64,000 nucleotides of DNA from Amoebophrya sp. A120 (GCA_905178155.1 CAJINV010000007.1:1581341-1645340), one strand, 5' to 3'; positions 1 through 12,662 are shown, counted from the stretch's first letter. The notes: generated by a model not told the origin, from the letters alone. A program made the numbers and translations.

Positions 1-1
1 G

Positions 2-3000
2 TTTTTTGACGAGGAAGATGTAGCCGCGAGTGACCTTCTTTTCGAGGAAGAAGTTGTAGAAACTGGTTTTACGAGAAATCCGCTTTACCCGACGAGCAAG
101 GAAGCAGTTTCGCAGAGTCTGCAACAACCACTGCTCTCGCTATCAAAGCCGTACGACGCGGGAAGGATTTTTGAAGATGTCGCGAGCAAAAGATCGATGG
201 TGCAAGGTGAACAGGAGCCACGACCAGAAGGTGTACCACATGAAATATTAAGACCACGAGGAGCTGGACGATCAATAGCCGCTCCTTCTTCAGTAGCACC
301 AGCAGCTGCTCAGGGGGAGCTGCCGGGCATCATGAGTAGTACAACTAACACATCTTCAGACCAACTTGTGCTTGTTCCTACTTTCGCAGGAGAGCACCGA
401 CCTGGTCTGAGTAGAGACCCGCGAGTACGAGGGTCTGGCGAAGTAGTCGATCGCGACACGACGACCAGGGACAGGATTTTTATAGACCCGAGCAGGAACA
501 CGAACAACTACAACAAGAACAAATGGGCCACCAGCACCTCCTCCTGCTCCTCCGAGGGAGCTCCTGCAGAAGCAGAGCCCCCGCTTGTTCCGAATGAAGA
601 TCGGAACATCAGGAACAGCTTTGGAGATCGTGACCACGACACGACCCTGCGGTCTACTTCCTCCTCACTCGTGTTGCAGCGCGGGCCGTCGTTATCGTCG
701 TCTCGATTGACTGACCCGGTGGTCGTCGGAGAAAATGACATGATGAGCAGTGCTGTCACTGTAGTGGTCGAGAACAATAGCGAAGATGGCCTGTTTACAG
801 CACCAGAACCCACCTCCGCAACGGGTGGACCGCCGCGCAGGAGCACGACAGTAAAAAACCTCACACATGATCGTGATTCAAAGCAAAATCTAAATCGGGA
901 AATCAACAAAATCCCTTCACACGAGTCGTCCAGTAGCAGCGGCTTTCACACGGCAGAAGAGTTCTTCTCCGAAGATCAGATATTCGTAAACGGCACGGCG
1001 GGAAGAGTTGTTGTCGTTGGGGCCTCGTTATGAATTGCAAAAGTACTATCGCACACGTACTAATCGCAGTCATGCAACAAGACAAGTTTCTTTTCCAAGC
1101 TAGATCAGCATGAGAAATTGCATTTGTCATGTTGAGCTAATTTGTATTGCAATACTACGAGCACGATACTTTTGCATTGCATGCTTGTCCTCCTCCTCGG
1201 GATCATCCTCCAGCGCGCCAGACTACAGTTTCCTACCGTCCCTGCGCAGCGAGGGAAGTGCTGTAGCAGGGGCGGTGACGACTTCGGCTACGATGAGCGC
1301 TCAACGAGTTGTACTACAACAACCCGAGGGGGAAACGACCAGCGGGGGTGACATATTAGAAGTAGCGGCGGAGAACGTCGTAGAGCTGCATCCAGACGAC
1401 GGCGAGAATGATGTTGATATTCGAGAGCAAGAAACGCAGAATCGTCAAGAACAAGACATTCTTGGCGATGAAACGATCGGAAAAAATCACACAGTGAAAC
1501 AACAATTAATGCTACCTCGAGATCATGGACAGGAAGGTAATCATCGTGAGAAGAGGACCATTGCACCGTTGGGTCTTGTTTCAGGACCTGCTACCGCATC
1601 ACCATCTTTGCTAGGTGACGATGTTGACGACCAGGAGGAGTTATTTTCCGCCAGGCAAGAAATAAACTATAACCAGCACACAACCGCAGAACCTTCTCTC
1701 GTCGACGACGTCCCACCCAACAGAACCGCACTGCCTTTACTTTCGCACCGATCGCCGAGAGAAGCCGCGGGAGCCATCAGGAAGATCGCAGACACTCACG
1801 ACGAAGTAGAGCAGCACGAAGATCATGTGGGCGGGGAGCAGTTGTACCGGCGCCGGAACCTGCATAAAAATCCCTCGTCGTCTCGAGGCAGGACGAGCGA
1901 CAACAACCTCCTGACAGCACGACCAGACCGCATCATCCTAACCGTGGACCAACTCGAGCAGCTCGTGCTGTTTCCCCGCTCCCTATTAGAGTGCACAACT
2001 ACTACAACTCTCTCGCCCCCTCATTCGTATCTATAATGGTAGGCGGGTGTTGTTGAAGAACAGCTCCTATACAGACGCCGGCACATCGACATCGACATCA
2101 ACACGTGGAGCCTGTGCATGACATTTGCATGCGGCGAATGCGATACTACTTATTTGCGGTTCTGGACTTTGTCACGCAATAAACAGTGCCGCAAGGAGGT
2201 AAGTAGCAGCTGGATTCCTGGGTTTTGCATGAGGACGATGAATGAGGCGGAGAGGCGGGGGATTTGTGTACTGTCATACTTTATCGAGATTCACGCAAAG
2301 AAGGACATTGTCAATTGGCGGGTGGTCCTCTCTTGGTTCCCGGAGCCCGACCTGCACCAGAGAAACAAAACGTACGTATCAAATGTAAAAATGTCTGGGT
2401 CTGGAAGAATGCAAGTTTGTCATGCTTGTCTGGCATGACTCATAAATCTGTAATGCATGAGCAGGAAAGAAATGGCCTCTTGCCTGTCATGCAAAAACGC
2501 AGTTTGTCATGCGGAAAACGAAGCACAGTAGTAGTTGAAAAATTTGTCATGCTTGGCTGCGTATTGCAGTCCGCCCACCAGTCACATTTTAGCATCACAA
2601 GTTTCCAGACCCAGACATTTTTACATTTGGTAGTACGCAACGTTAGACGATCTCGCGCAGGAGAAAAAAATCCTGGACCTCCGTACCGAAGCCGGCTCCG
2701 TGGAACTGTCTGCGCGGAAACGCAGGAGATTTCTGGATCGGGATCATGTTGTTGATGGTAGCGATCATTTTAGAAACAGCACAGTACGAACCGGGAACAA
2801 AATGTTGAGGCCACGAGGACCCCTTTTCGGCGCTGGGGGCCGCGGGGGCGCGCATGATTTTTCACCCGTGTCGCCACAGTCGGGTGGCAGCTATTCGGAC
2901 TCGACTTCGCCCGACGTCGCTCTTGCTGGCCCAAGCAATTATCCGGAAGATGACTTTCGGGCTTTTTTTGAGCGGGACGCCCGTGCGCCGCCCAGTCCGA

Positions 3001-3372
3001 TTTTTCTCCAAATGCGGGGCGAGCGAACCTTCCGGGGCGGGCATACCGTATAAAAAAACTGAAGTCTCAGTTTGAGTTTCAAAACTTTGCAGTCTTTACA
3101 AGTTCCCTCAGCATGACTACGCCCAAAATCTGTGATGCGTCAGATGCAAGAGAAAAAACTTATCAAGTTGAAGTTCCCTTTTCTTGCATGACGATCATGA
3201 CAAATAGATAGCACTGTCTCAAGCTCAAGGAAGTTCCGCATTACATACTTACAAGTTGAGACTGAGACAGTTTTTTCTCGCGATAGGGCAGGGTGCAGCT
3301 TTACTGGCGACGAACACGCGGGACTTGATTCCTATGGGACTCTCAATCAAATGTGAAACTGATCGCTCTTAG
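2..3372 (+). CDS. Multi-exon hypothetical low-complexity protein, 5'-truncated by the window edge
   Basis: Frame is open from base 2 through ORF 197..1033. ORFs 1110, 2118 and 2700 and a last exon 3291-3372 join in frame after removing elements at 1029, 2377 and 3044 (junctions GAS|SSSS, KTY|ATLDD, RGGQ|GAALL). A short intron near 1950-2042 is unresolved. Confidence 0.6.
1029..1183. mobile_element. Introner/MITE, family 1 (TATG..TGCAAAAGTA ends)
   Basis: TIR tatgaattgcaaaagta / tacttttgcattgcatg; TSD ctcgt/cttgt; removing 160 nt joins ORF 197 to ORF 1110 in frame. Confidence 0.8.
2377..2632. mobile_element. Introner/MITE, family 2 (TATCAAATGTAAAAATGTCTGGGTCTGGAA ends)
   Basis: ~30 bp near-perfect TIR; perfect TSD GTACG (2372-2376, 2633-2637); excision restores frame. 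Confidence 0.92.
3044..3285. mobile_element. Introner/MITE (A-tract TIR type)
   Basis: TIR taccgtataaaaaaactg..gtctcagt / actgagacagttttttctcgcgata; perfect TSD GGGCA. Confidence 0.85.
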
Positions 3373-3602
3373 TACGTGATTTGGCATGCCGTAGCATTAT
3401 CACCCTTCGACGATCACGATCATGCTGCTTCGCATGACCGTCATGTCGCGCCGCACTAAAAAGAATTGAAATTATCTGTTTCAAATGTGGAAAATAAAAG
3501 CACGACGCTCATGCGCAAGCTCTTTTGCTACTCTTCTTGCACTTATGGTAAATACGCAAGCTCCACCAGCATCACCATCACGTAGCTACAAGTGGGACGA
3601 GA

Positions 3603-6600
3603 ATGAGTGTAACTACGTTTGAGAGTCTGATACTTCCCGACGGCGACCGTTCGAGTACGACATCTAGTAGTGCCGCGTTTTTAAACAACAAGACATCTCG
3701 AGAGCAGCAGCAGTACAACTTCAAGAAGCTGCAGTTAGAGCAGCATGCATCCACCTCCAATCGCAACCTGGAGGAGGACTCCGCCGGTTCGGTCCATCAT
3801 GAAGGCGGAACATCGCGGACCATGCGGTTTCGCAGGACAAGCAATCCGAGGAATCTGGCCTGGTGGTCCGGCTCCTCAAGCGCGAGCAACATGGGAGGTG
3901 CAACAGCACAACAGCAGCTTCCAAGAAATTACAGCAACCCCGCGGCACAACGACAACAGTCGCGGAACAAAAACCTCGCAGAGTACGCCCTGGATGAGCG
4001 CACGCTTTCCCGGATGACAGTTATGCATCCGAAAAAGTATCGTATTTTTCGTATAAAGAGTAGGTATAAGAATAGCAAGAGGTCGCATTTATCATTCGCA
4101 TTCCGTATTGCTTATGTACTTGATCTGGAAGCTAAGTTGTTTTTACGAGTACTGCTGAGCAGACGAGTACCACGGTTTATTTCTTCTTGGTTTGTCGTGC
4201 AATGCAAAATTTAAACTACTGCGAGAACTAGAAGTACGAGTGTACGATGCTTTCGCACGGGATGACGGTGAACGCACTCCAGTCCGACATTTTCGTTAAC
4301 AACCGTGGCGAGGCAACGCGAAGAAGCCGGCGACGGCCCGCAAGTGCCGTCCGTGGCAAGGCCGCGCCACCGGGTGCAGTTTTCCACAGCAGGAGTTATG
4401 CGACGTCCACCGCGGATGAAAGGAGTGGAGCGGGGTTTTTCTACGGCTCGTCGGCGACGAGTTCCAGGTCGAGTAGTCGCGAGATTTTTTCCCAACAACA
4501 GCACAACTCCTTCTACTCGACAGAGATACTACAACGTCAACCACAGCAGGCCCTTGATCGTGTGCGTCGTGGCGGGGGCACAGGAGGAGTGGTCAGCACT
4601 AGTTCAATACCGAAGATATTTTTACCCGGCCAGCACGGTGGACGAACAAGATCTCGCGGCCCGCCGAGCGTCGGGACGAGCAGGTCCGAGCAGTCGACCG
4701 TGGTGATTGCGCAGCCCGGGGTCCTGGGTGGTGGTTTCTTGCAACAGGGGCGACAAGAGGTGGAAAACGACGAGGAAGATCTTTCTTTGTCAAAAAGAAG
4801 ATTTAGCTTCCCGGGGAGTCTGTTTGGGGCCGCGACGAGTTCGGGATTGCTCAACAATTCCAGTCGGTGGTCGCGCTCGCAAAGCCCGGCTGCCTCGGAT
4901 GAAAGACGGGTGATCAATGACGAGAATGACTATGAGCGTTTGAAGATGCGTGTGGTGAACAACAGCCGTAGCCCGTCTCCGCCCTCTTCGCCTCCACCTG
5001 ATGATGTTATCGCAGAAAAAGATCCGATGACGTTTTCTCACCCCGAAGTAAAACATCAAGATGTTGGCGCCCCCGCAGCACCAAGTAGAACCTCCGGGCA
5101 AGAACCGCTGCAATTACACCAGACTTCAGGCACGATTCCGGGGGGTTCGGAAAATCCTGGTACTACGACCACCGTGTTTTCAGACGACGAGGAAGCGACG
5201 GTAGTAGTCGACGTCGAGCGGATCAAGAGGCAAACACTTGATCGTATACAACGGCCAGTTCCTCCTGCTAGAAGTAGACCGCCCTCGTCGACGCCCACGA
5301 TGAAGCCCTCGAGCTCCTCTATCCTGTGCAAAATAAACGTCCCCACCCCAGCGTCAAGATGGGGATCTCGCAACTCAAATCCAGATGCTTTGCACTCACG
5401 CATGACAAGTCGCAGTCCGACCGTAGTGTAGTGCAGGCTGGAAAGGACTACAGCCGCATTACAAATCCATCTGCTTATCCTGTTTGCAGCATTACAAATT
5501 CCAAATCACCACTGGAGGCGCCTATCATGGGGATGTTGCGCGGCATCACAAATCGTCCTGTCATTGCAAATCTGTGCGACAACTCTGGGGTGGGAACAGT
5601 TTTCCTCAGGATATCCTCTTCGTCTTCCTCATCTTTCTACACCGGGACAGTGGACAAGTTGAAAAGCGTCTTTGGAAGTGGTCGCGGGCAAGACAATGAG
5701 GAAGATGTTGTTGATCCAGAGACGCGGGGCGAGCAAGAAAATATTAAAAGCGCTGTAATTATATCAAGCACGGTAACCCCGGAGTTCACCCTGCGCGGCT
5801 GGAACGGTAGCTGGACAAACATGAGACAGCTCGAGAACGATGAAAGCCTTGAAAGTAGTAGAGGACAGCACATCAGTTCTAGCGCAGCTAGCAGTAGTGC
5901 CAATCTCAATCTTGTTGTTCCAAATTATGCGACGGACCCTTGGAACCTGACGAACGCTTTGTCTAAGGTACGAAACGAGAACGGGGGCGGAGCAAAAGAT
6001 GACGCAGACGAAAGAGACTTGAAGAAAAAAGTAGAAGGACCATACGCAGCAAGTCGTGTAAGTGACCGAACGAGACGGAGAGGTCTTCGGGAAAAGGACA
6101 GCAGCGGTTCTGTCCACTACACACTTGAACACGGCGGCGCTGTTGACTCTAGTACTGCAAAAGGCGATATTAGTGATATTCAACTTGTTCACAGTACTTT
6201 GAAGACCAAGCAGGAGGAACAAGCTGGATTACCAACAAGTGAATCTTCCTTGATGTTCAGAAACCACGATGAAAACAAAGCCCGCACGGCAGGCGATGTC
6301 TATTCTGTCGCAGAAGAACCTCAAGGCGGTCGGGGTTCTTCGAAGATTTTTGCACAAGATAACAATTCTTCATGGGAAGATAAAAGTGTCGCTAATATCA
6401 CCAAGAAGCCGAAGCGCAAGAAGAGGAATTCTTATGAGGACTGGAATTCACAGTTTTACAACTGGTCACCCGCACCTACTACGAGGAGCAGTGCGAATGA
6501 GCAGAAGAACAAGCAAAGAAACACTACAACAATTATCGCAGAAGGCGAGGACAACTACCTAGACCTTCAAGTCAGGAGGCACAGTCACCACAAGTCAGGA

Positions 6601-7428
6601 GGCACAGTTGTCACCACCGGTCGTAGTGCTGGTGCCAATTTCATTCCCACACTGTCGCCGTACACGACAAGAATGTCCAGACGAGAGGAACAACGGCAGT
6701 TGTACAACAATAGCGGCTACCAACATTACCCAAATTCGGTCTACAGCGGGCCGCAGCCGCTCGTGGAGGACGTTCGGGCAAGCCTGCTTTTCGACCAGCG
6801 TGCCCGGATGATCGGGGGGTTCGGGGCCCGCGACGAGTTTGTGACGAAGTTTTTTTACCCAAAGCCGTCACTTTTTGCGAAAAATGGTATTGTGTACAAG
6901 CTCACAGGCGTCCTGGCCCTGCTCCTGGTCGGTCTCTTCAGCTTTGTCACGATCAGGCTCACAAGGGACCGGCAGTTGAAGGCGTTGCGAACCGCATCCG
7001 AAACCGCGCGGCACTACGGGGATCGAACCGACGATGGGCGTATGCACTGCAAAAGAATATACAGTAGTACTTGTAATCGCAGGAGTTGTCACACGACTAA
7101 GAAATACAAATTTACTCAGCATGACAGATGGAATTTGTGATGCTAGAGCAGCTAGTGCTAGTGGTCGAGATACAACTCGGGGACAACTAGCTCTCACTGT
7201 AATGCATCAAAAGTGCAAATATTTACATTTAGAAATACTATGAGCGCGATAGTTTTGCAATGCATAGGGCGGAAGGCGAAGCAAAATCACATCATTCTGG
7301 CGTCGAACCAGTCATTCTTTTTGGAAGCCGCAACGCTGTACCTGGCCGAGTGGGTCACAACTTTGTTGGTCGCGAAGGTGTTTTTGCTCCTGTTAATTGC
7401 GTATCAGCAGCAAAATAAATGTACTTAA
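3603..7428 (+). CDS. Multi-exon hypothetical protein, Ser-rich, with a C-terminal transmembrane helix
   Basis: ORFs 3603, 4247, 5326 and 7213 join in frame across an intron ~4037-4234 and elements 5320 and 7041. Hydrophobic segment LTGVLALLLVGLFSFVTI. 3' end uncertain. Confidence 0.65.
5320..5613. mobile_element. Introner/MITE, family 3 (TATCCTG...CAGGATA)
   Basis: TIR tatcctg..ccccacccca / tggggtggg..caggata; perfect TSD TCCTC; removing 299 nt gives KPSSSSSSSSSFYTG; no GT-AG register is possible. Confidence 0.92.
7041..7266. mobile_element. Introner/MITE, family 1
   Basis: TIR tatgcactgcaaaa / ttttgcaatgcata; perfect TSD GGGCG; in-frame join DDGR|KAKQNH. Confidence 0.92.
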
Positions 7429-9311
7429 ATGTCTGGCTCTGGCAACAAGATGCAGATGTTAGCTATGCCGGCTTTGCGTGGCCCATCCCGTTAAGGTCTG
7501 AAGTGCGTGGCATAGCATGCCAAGTTTTGCGAAAGCCCTGTAATGCCTTTTCTGTATGAGAAATAATTATCGTCGAAGGTGGTGGGTAAAGTAAAAGTGA
7601 ACGGCTAGCTTCTCCTACCTGACTCATGCAGATGCATCAGCAGCACACATTTTTGCATGACTGACAGAGAGCATCACAGGTCGACGCTCCTCCAAAAACC
7701 GAGACATATTTGCAATGCATACTGCGCGGATCGTGTTTCCACGCATCGTCGCGTCGACCAATCCAACGCTGGCTGCAACTTCTATGGGGTTCTCAAACGT
7801 TACAGGGAACGCTGTTACATGTTGGATTGTTTGTGATACAAGAACAAGAGCATGAGCAATAAAAGGAAAAGCGAAAGGGGGGAACTTCCGCTGCCTGCAT
7901 GTGCATGTAAGTATTACAAAGCTGGAACAAGAACGGATTCGAGAGCTACTTGTCATGCGAAGTAGCTCGACCGTGTGGACGTGGACGTTCTTGATAGTAA
8001 TACTGCGCGACAAATCATGTAACAGCAACCAGCGCAGCGCACGTTTGCGAGTTCCATAACCTCGTACGCAAGAATACCCAATTTGGATCTCGTCTTGGTA
8101 CTCGTGTGCCTCGGCATTGTCTTTTACTGAAGGAAGCAGCGCCTTGTGCCACGCCGTGCAGGACGAGAAGTGATGCCCCACCAGGTTTCGAATCGAAGTA
8201 AGTCAGTACTTAGGCTTAGCTGAGAAAACTTTTCGTCAACAACTACAACAAGCTTTCAATTTTCTACGATGCCTTATTTTGCGTGCCACACTTTTTGTAT
8301 GTTGCGTATTCAAATACAAATGAATCAGCCGAGCTGTACCTCACCGTGACTCTGACGGCCCGCCACATGAAGAACAAATGAAACTACAAACAGAGGACTC
8401 GTACTAGTTCAGAAGCTTGTACATTCTAACCAAATGCAAGCTTGCTGTTCTGAAGACGTTGCACCATGCAAAAATGTGTTTTTCCGGGCGAAGAGGAAGT
8501 CTTCTGGGTCGTTGTAGTTACTACTGATCGTCCAGTAGTTCGCCACCGGCGCCCAGTCCGAAGCGTAGGTGGTAAAAATGATAATAGATGGCACGACTTT
8601 TGTCTTACGAGGTCGGAAAGAACTACAGCTTCTCCTCCGGGTGAGCGTGTGGCACATGAAATATTTTCGAGTTGTATAGGGTTATTCGTATAAATAATTC
8701 CTTCTCCTTGATCTCGTCTGTCATTGCGTGGCGGGCATTCTTTCATCGTACGTGGTGTCTCATCGTCAGTATAAATCGTGAGAGTCGGAAATAACGCACT
8801 TTCCGTCCAAAGCATTCCTGGTGCTGCAGCATATGTTTGGTGTTTGGAAGTAGCTAGAAGAGTGGAACTTATTTCCTTAGTCGTCCTCTCCTTAGTGTTA
8901 GTCGTCCTCATCGTCGCCGCTGCAACGTCGAAGCTCCCCTGCCAGTCGTCCTCATCGTTCAATCGTTCACCTAAAGTTAGTTCTGTCGTCACAGTAGTCA
9001 GCTCTGCCCCTACTTGCAATCGCTTTCCAGCGTTGGACCTGCCTCATAATATCGTTGAGTGTGATCCTGACTTTCTGCTAAAAATGCACAGGGATAAATC
9101 TTCGCTATCGCATTTTTTCGCGCTCAACCGGTTTGAGAAAAAAAGCAATTAGCTGGGGAAAGCTACTACTTCAAACACAACTCTCACACAGTCACATCCT
9201 GCACAAAAACATCGGAGCTTTTGCTCGTAAGAAGTGTAGTAGGGACTTAAAAGTAAGAAACAGGAAGAAAAGTAGAAAACCTGCTTTCAACGAACAAAAA
9301 TCTTCAAGATC

Positions 9312-9879
9312 ATGGCTATGAAGATGCAGAAGGTCGCGATCGTCGCTGTCGCCGCTCTCAACCCCCTGGGCGGGGGGGGGGGGCGCTTTCGGCGCGAAGA
9401 TGAAGAAGAAAGAAGAATCCTCGACCGCGTCGCATGTCTGGCAGGGAAATGAAGTCAGCGGGAGCCTCGTGCAGATGAAGGCAACTCCTATCGAGCTGGG
9501 GGAAGATTTCCTCGGCGATAGTGTCGTTTCCCTGGCTTCCCTCCCGCATCTCGCCGCCGGCGAAGCAAGCGGGATCGCAAGGACATTCGGCGCGAAGATG
9601 ACCGGGAAGGGCACGTGTTTCGGAAGGATTCCGAGCCACGAAAGCCCGACAGATGTCAAACAAAACCACTGCGACTGGCTCATGCAGCAGCACATGACAC
9701 CCGACCACGACAACAAGAAGTGGAGCTACAAGTGTCCCGATCTTGTGTCGCAATGCGAAAAGAAGTGCACGGACGACATGATCACCTGCAAGGTTGACAT
9801 GCACCTCGTCGACACGACCTCGAGTCCTCCCGGCCAAGCTAAACTCGCCGTCAATTGCTGCCTGGCAAAGCCCTACTAA
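9312..9879 (+). CDS. Small secreted cysteine-rich protein; a frameshift in a G12 tract separates the signal peptide from the body
   Basis: MAMKMQKVAIVAVAALNPLG signal-like start; joins ORF 9400..9879 (8 Cys) if the G-run 9372-9383 has 11 G instead of 12. Confidence 0.65.
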
Positions 9880-10309
9880 GTTGTTGCTGATTGATTTTTT
9901 TTTCTTTGAGAAGTAGTTTAGTATCTCACTTTGAAGCTTTTCGAACAAAAACAAATAAGTATGTATTTTTTATTTTTGGGTGAAACTTTGACTTTCTTAT
10001 TCTTTCTAAACATAATCACAACAAAGCGTCTTGCACATCATTCCTCCTTGTCGTTCCCGTTGCAACGAGACTCGAAAAGCTGCAGCTGCGTACTTGTTCC
10101 AGGTAATATTCGTGCCGAGTAAGTAGCTAGAAAGTAGAAAGAGGCAACGTGGCATGTAACGCACCAGGTAACGGACGAACTATACGAAAGCGTTTTTCTT
10201 CTTTTATCTTCAAATATATATACATATATAAGTTACCTCAAGCAAAAATCAAGATCAACCAGCTTCCTACTGTTTTCTTATCGGGTAAGAATTTCAATTT
10301 CACATAGCA

Positions 10310-10610
10310 TATCCTGAGTATAAACCTCCTCACCCCGCCATAGTCAAGATGGGAAATAATGTGCTAGACAAATCGACCAGCTTTGCCTGTTGCGCGTGAC
10401 AGGTCTGGCCTCGTAGTGTGTTCCTGTTAGTCTCAGTCTCGCGAGTTAATCAGCGCCACAGATTTAGCGCATTATGCTGATTCGAGCATGACAAATTCCG
10501 AAAGACGACTAGAAAATCCTTGTTATGGGGCTCCGCATGGCCATGGGAAACATTTTAAGCATGCAGATCTGCGTGACAACTCTTGGGTGGGGACGTTTTT
10601 GCTCAGGATA
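10310..10610. mobile_element. MITE, family 3, apparently in non-coding sequence
   Basis: TIR tatcctgagta / tgctcaggata; perfect TSD TAGCA; interior similar to copies at 5320 and 27386. Confidence 0.9.
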
Positions 10611-12209
10611 TAGCATCCGCCGTTTCTTTGCACTTATTCTTATTTTGATTTAGAAATAAAAGTAAAAGCATTGCTCGCCAGGCTCAACCCGAACACACAA
10701 ACTCATCACTCTTGTCAGGCGCTAGCCGAAGCATCAAGGAAGGAGATGCGAAGAGACGCACTTGCGTCCCTTTGAAGCCTCCGCGTAGCACCATAAGCAT
10801 AGCCCAGTATCCCAAGTCGACAAAGACGTGAAAAATAAGGGCGTCGACCGTTAATTCCCTTCACATTGTAGCCCAATTCTATTCATAGAGGACTGACGCC
10901 GCACTATTTTCTTTCGGATGGCCACCTGACCAATTTTTACGCGCCATATTTTGCCATCGAACTTGATCCGATAAAGTGTCGCTTCTTACTTTCGCGTACC
11001 CAACCCATACCCACAAAGCAAACACATTTTCAGTAGCCCCCCGAATAAGCAAAAGACTTGCAAAAAGATAAAAAAGGGCGCTTATTCTAAAACTCTATAT
11101 CCTACCGAGTTGAGAAAGAGACGAAAAAAACATAGAACAGCGGCCGGATAGGTATAGCCCCGATCATATATGAGAAAGCTGCACTAGTCGAATTTTCCCC
11201 ATAAGTAAAAGCACAATGGGGTTGATTGAAACTGTCGCTTCTCGGCCCTGGCAGATGAGGCTGTCGCCTCTTGTTTCCAGGCGGAGAACACGACAGTTGC
11301 AGATGAGCAGCCGCACTTTCACATTTTTCATGAAGACAAACTTGCTGCTCAAAGGATACACCGCATGTGCTACTCTACCCAACCCACACCCAGAAAAAAA
11401 AGACAACGGCGAAGGCCTAGCGCTCCTGAAAAGAGCGGCGCTTGCGTTCTTCATGAGCTTCAGGCTCCCCCTCTCGCACCTTATTTGTTCAATGGAGGTG
11501 CGAGCGTGACTCTGACTGCTGTGTTCTATTGTTGCAATCTGGTTGGTGTGTAAATAAGGCGGTGGTCGTGGACGTGGCCAGCACCTGCTGGAGCAGCTTG
11601 CTACACACACAACGAACTGTATGGCTGAACGCATCAGAATATTTGCTTGAGGTCGAGGACGTCTGCGACGTCTCCTCGAGTACGGTCACGGTGAACAAGG
11701 TAGCGAGGAACGTAAGCACCCTGCTGCCTGTCCTTAGCTCGAATATTTATATTGATAGTCACCATGATTCATCGGTAAAAGTGAAATGATCGGTCCAGGT
11801 GTGAGCAATACGATGCGAACGACAGTGAGACGAAGTGTCAAGATCCTTTCATGAAGTCGTGGAACATCTGATCACGAAAAAAGTCTGCAAATATCAAGGA
11901 AGACAGAAATCTCAACTCTGCGAAAGCGAAGCTGTCGCTCTTCATCTCTGATCTACAGGACCCGTTGCCGGAATGGCATTACACGGAGGCTGTGATTTAC
12001 GATCTAGGCTTTTCTGCCGCCGGTTCAGGTTCAGCATCTTTTCTTGACATAGGTAGGATGCGCTCCGGATAAATTGGAATAGGCTGATATATCGTCCGGT
12101 CTTTCTTTAAAGCCACGAAATCAAGCTCCTAATCTGAAAAAGACATGTATTGTATTTGATCGCAGAAAAATAGAAAAATTCTACTCTTAGTACCACCGGC
12201 TAGTATTCA

Positions 12210-12662
12210 ATGGATCGAGAAGCGTTCATTTTGCTGGTAGATGTTACAGTAATTGTGATCCTTTTTTTCATCTTATTGATTATTGTGCAATCCTGTGTAA
12301 ATACCAAGATCTTCTCGGAATCTTTACCCGGAGCCATCTCCGGAGCTCTTTGTTTCGCGAAGAACCGCAGCGGCGTCGCAGGTACGGCTTCACCTATGGA
12401 TGCTGCACCAGAGAAGAATGCCACTGCTCATCGTGCTGCGACGACGCATCAGTCAGAGGTGTTGACAAGGAACAATGATATTGGTATTGCTGTAACGTCG
12501 AAAGGCTCAACAGCTTCTCGACGAGGCGTTAGCGCTGGTTCATCTTCGTTCACAAAAAAATACAATAGTCCGCCCGTGTCAGGTCGAAATAACTGCAACA
12601 AGATAAAAATTGCTCCAGAAGAGGGTGAAGCTGTTGCAGTTGTGGTTAGCACTATTACTTAG
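12210..12662 (+). CDS. Possible small membrane-anchored protein
   Basis: 150 aa ATG-initiated ORF with a strongly hydrophobic N-terminus; no recognisable domain. Confidence 0.3.
   Translation: MDREAFILLVDVTVIVILFFILLIIVQSCVNTKIFSESLPGAISGALCFAKNRSGVAGTASPMDAAPEKNATAHRAATTHQSEVLTRNNDIGIAVTSKGSTASRRGVSAGSSSFTKKYNSPPVSGRNNCNKIKIAPEEGEAVAVVVSTIT

Noticed and set aside
2264-2755. KCKNVWVWK peptide on both strands (likewise WMGMGVFSW at 62.2 kb)
   Set aside because: Artefact of translating terminal inverted repeats.
4038-4229. Additional introner
   Set aside because: The join is in frame and the repeat aaaag/agaag is present, but there is no convincing TIR; treated as an unresolved intron. The same applies to 30911-31197 and 57352-57528.
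7624-9152. Minus- and plus-strand ORFs of 120-200 aa
   Set aside because: No ATG start, domain or reconstructable exon chain; cannot support a call.
11164-11789. Overlapping short ORFs
   Set aside because: No consistent frame or recognisable product.
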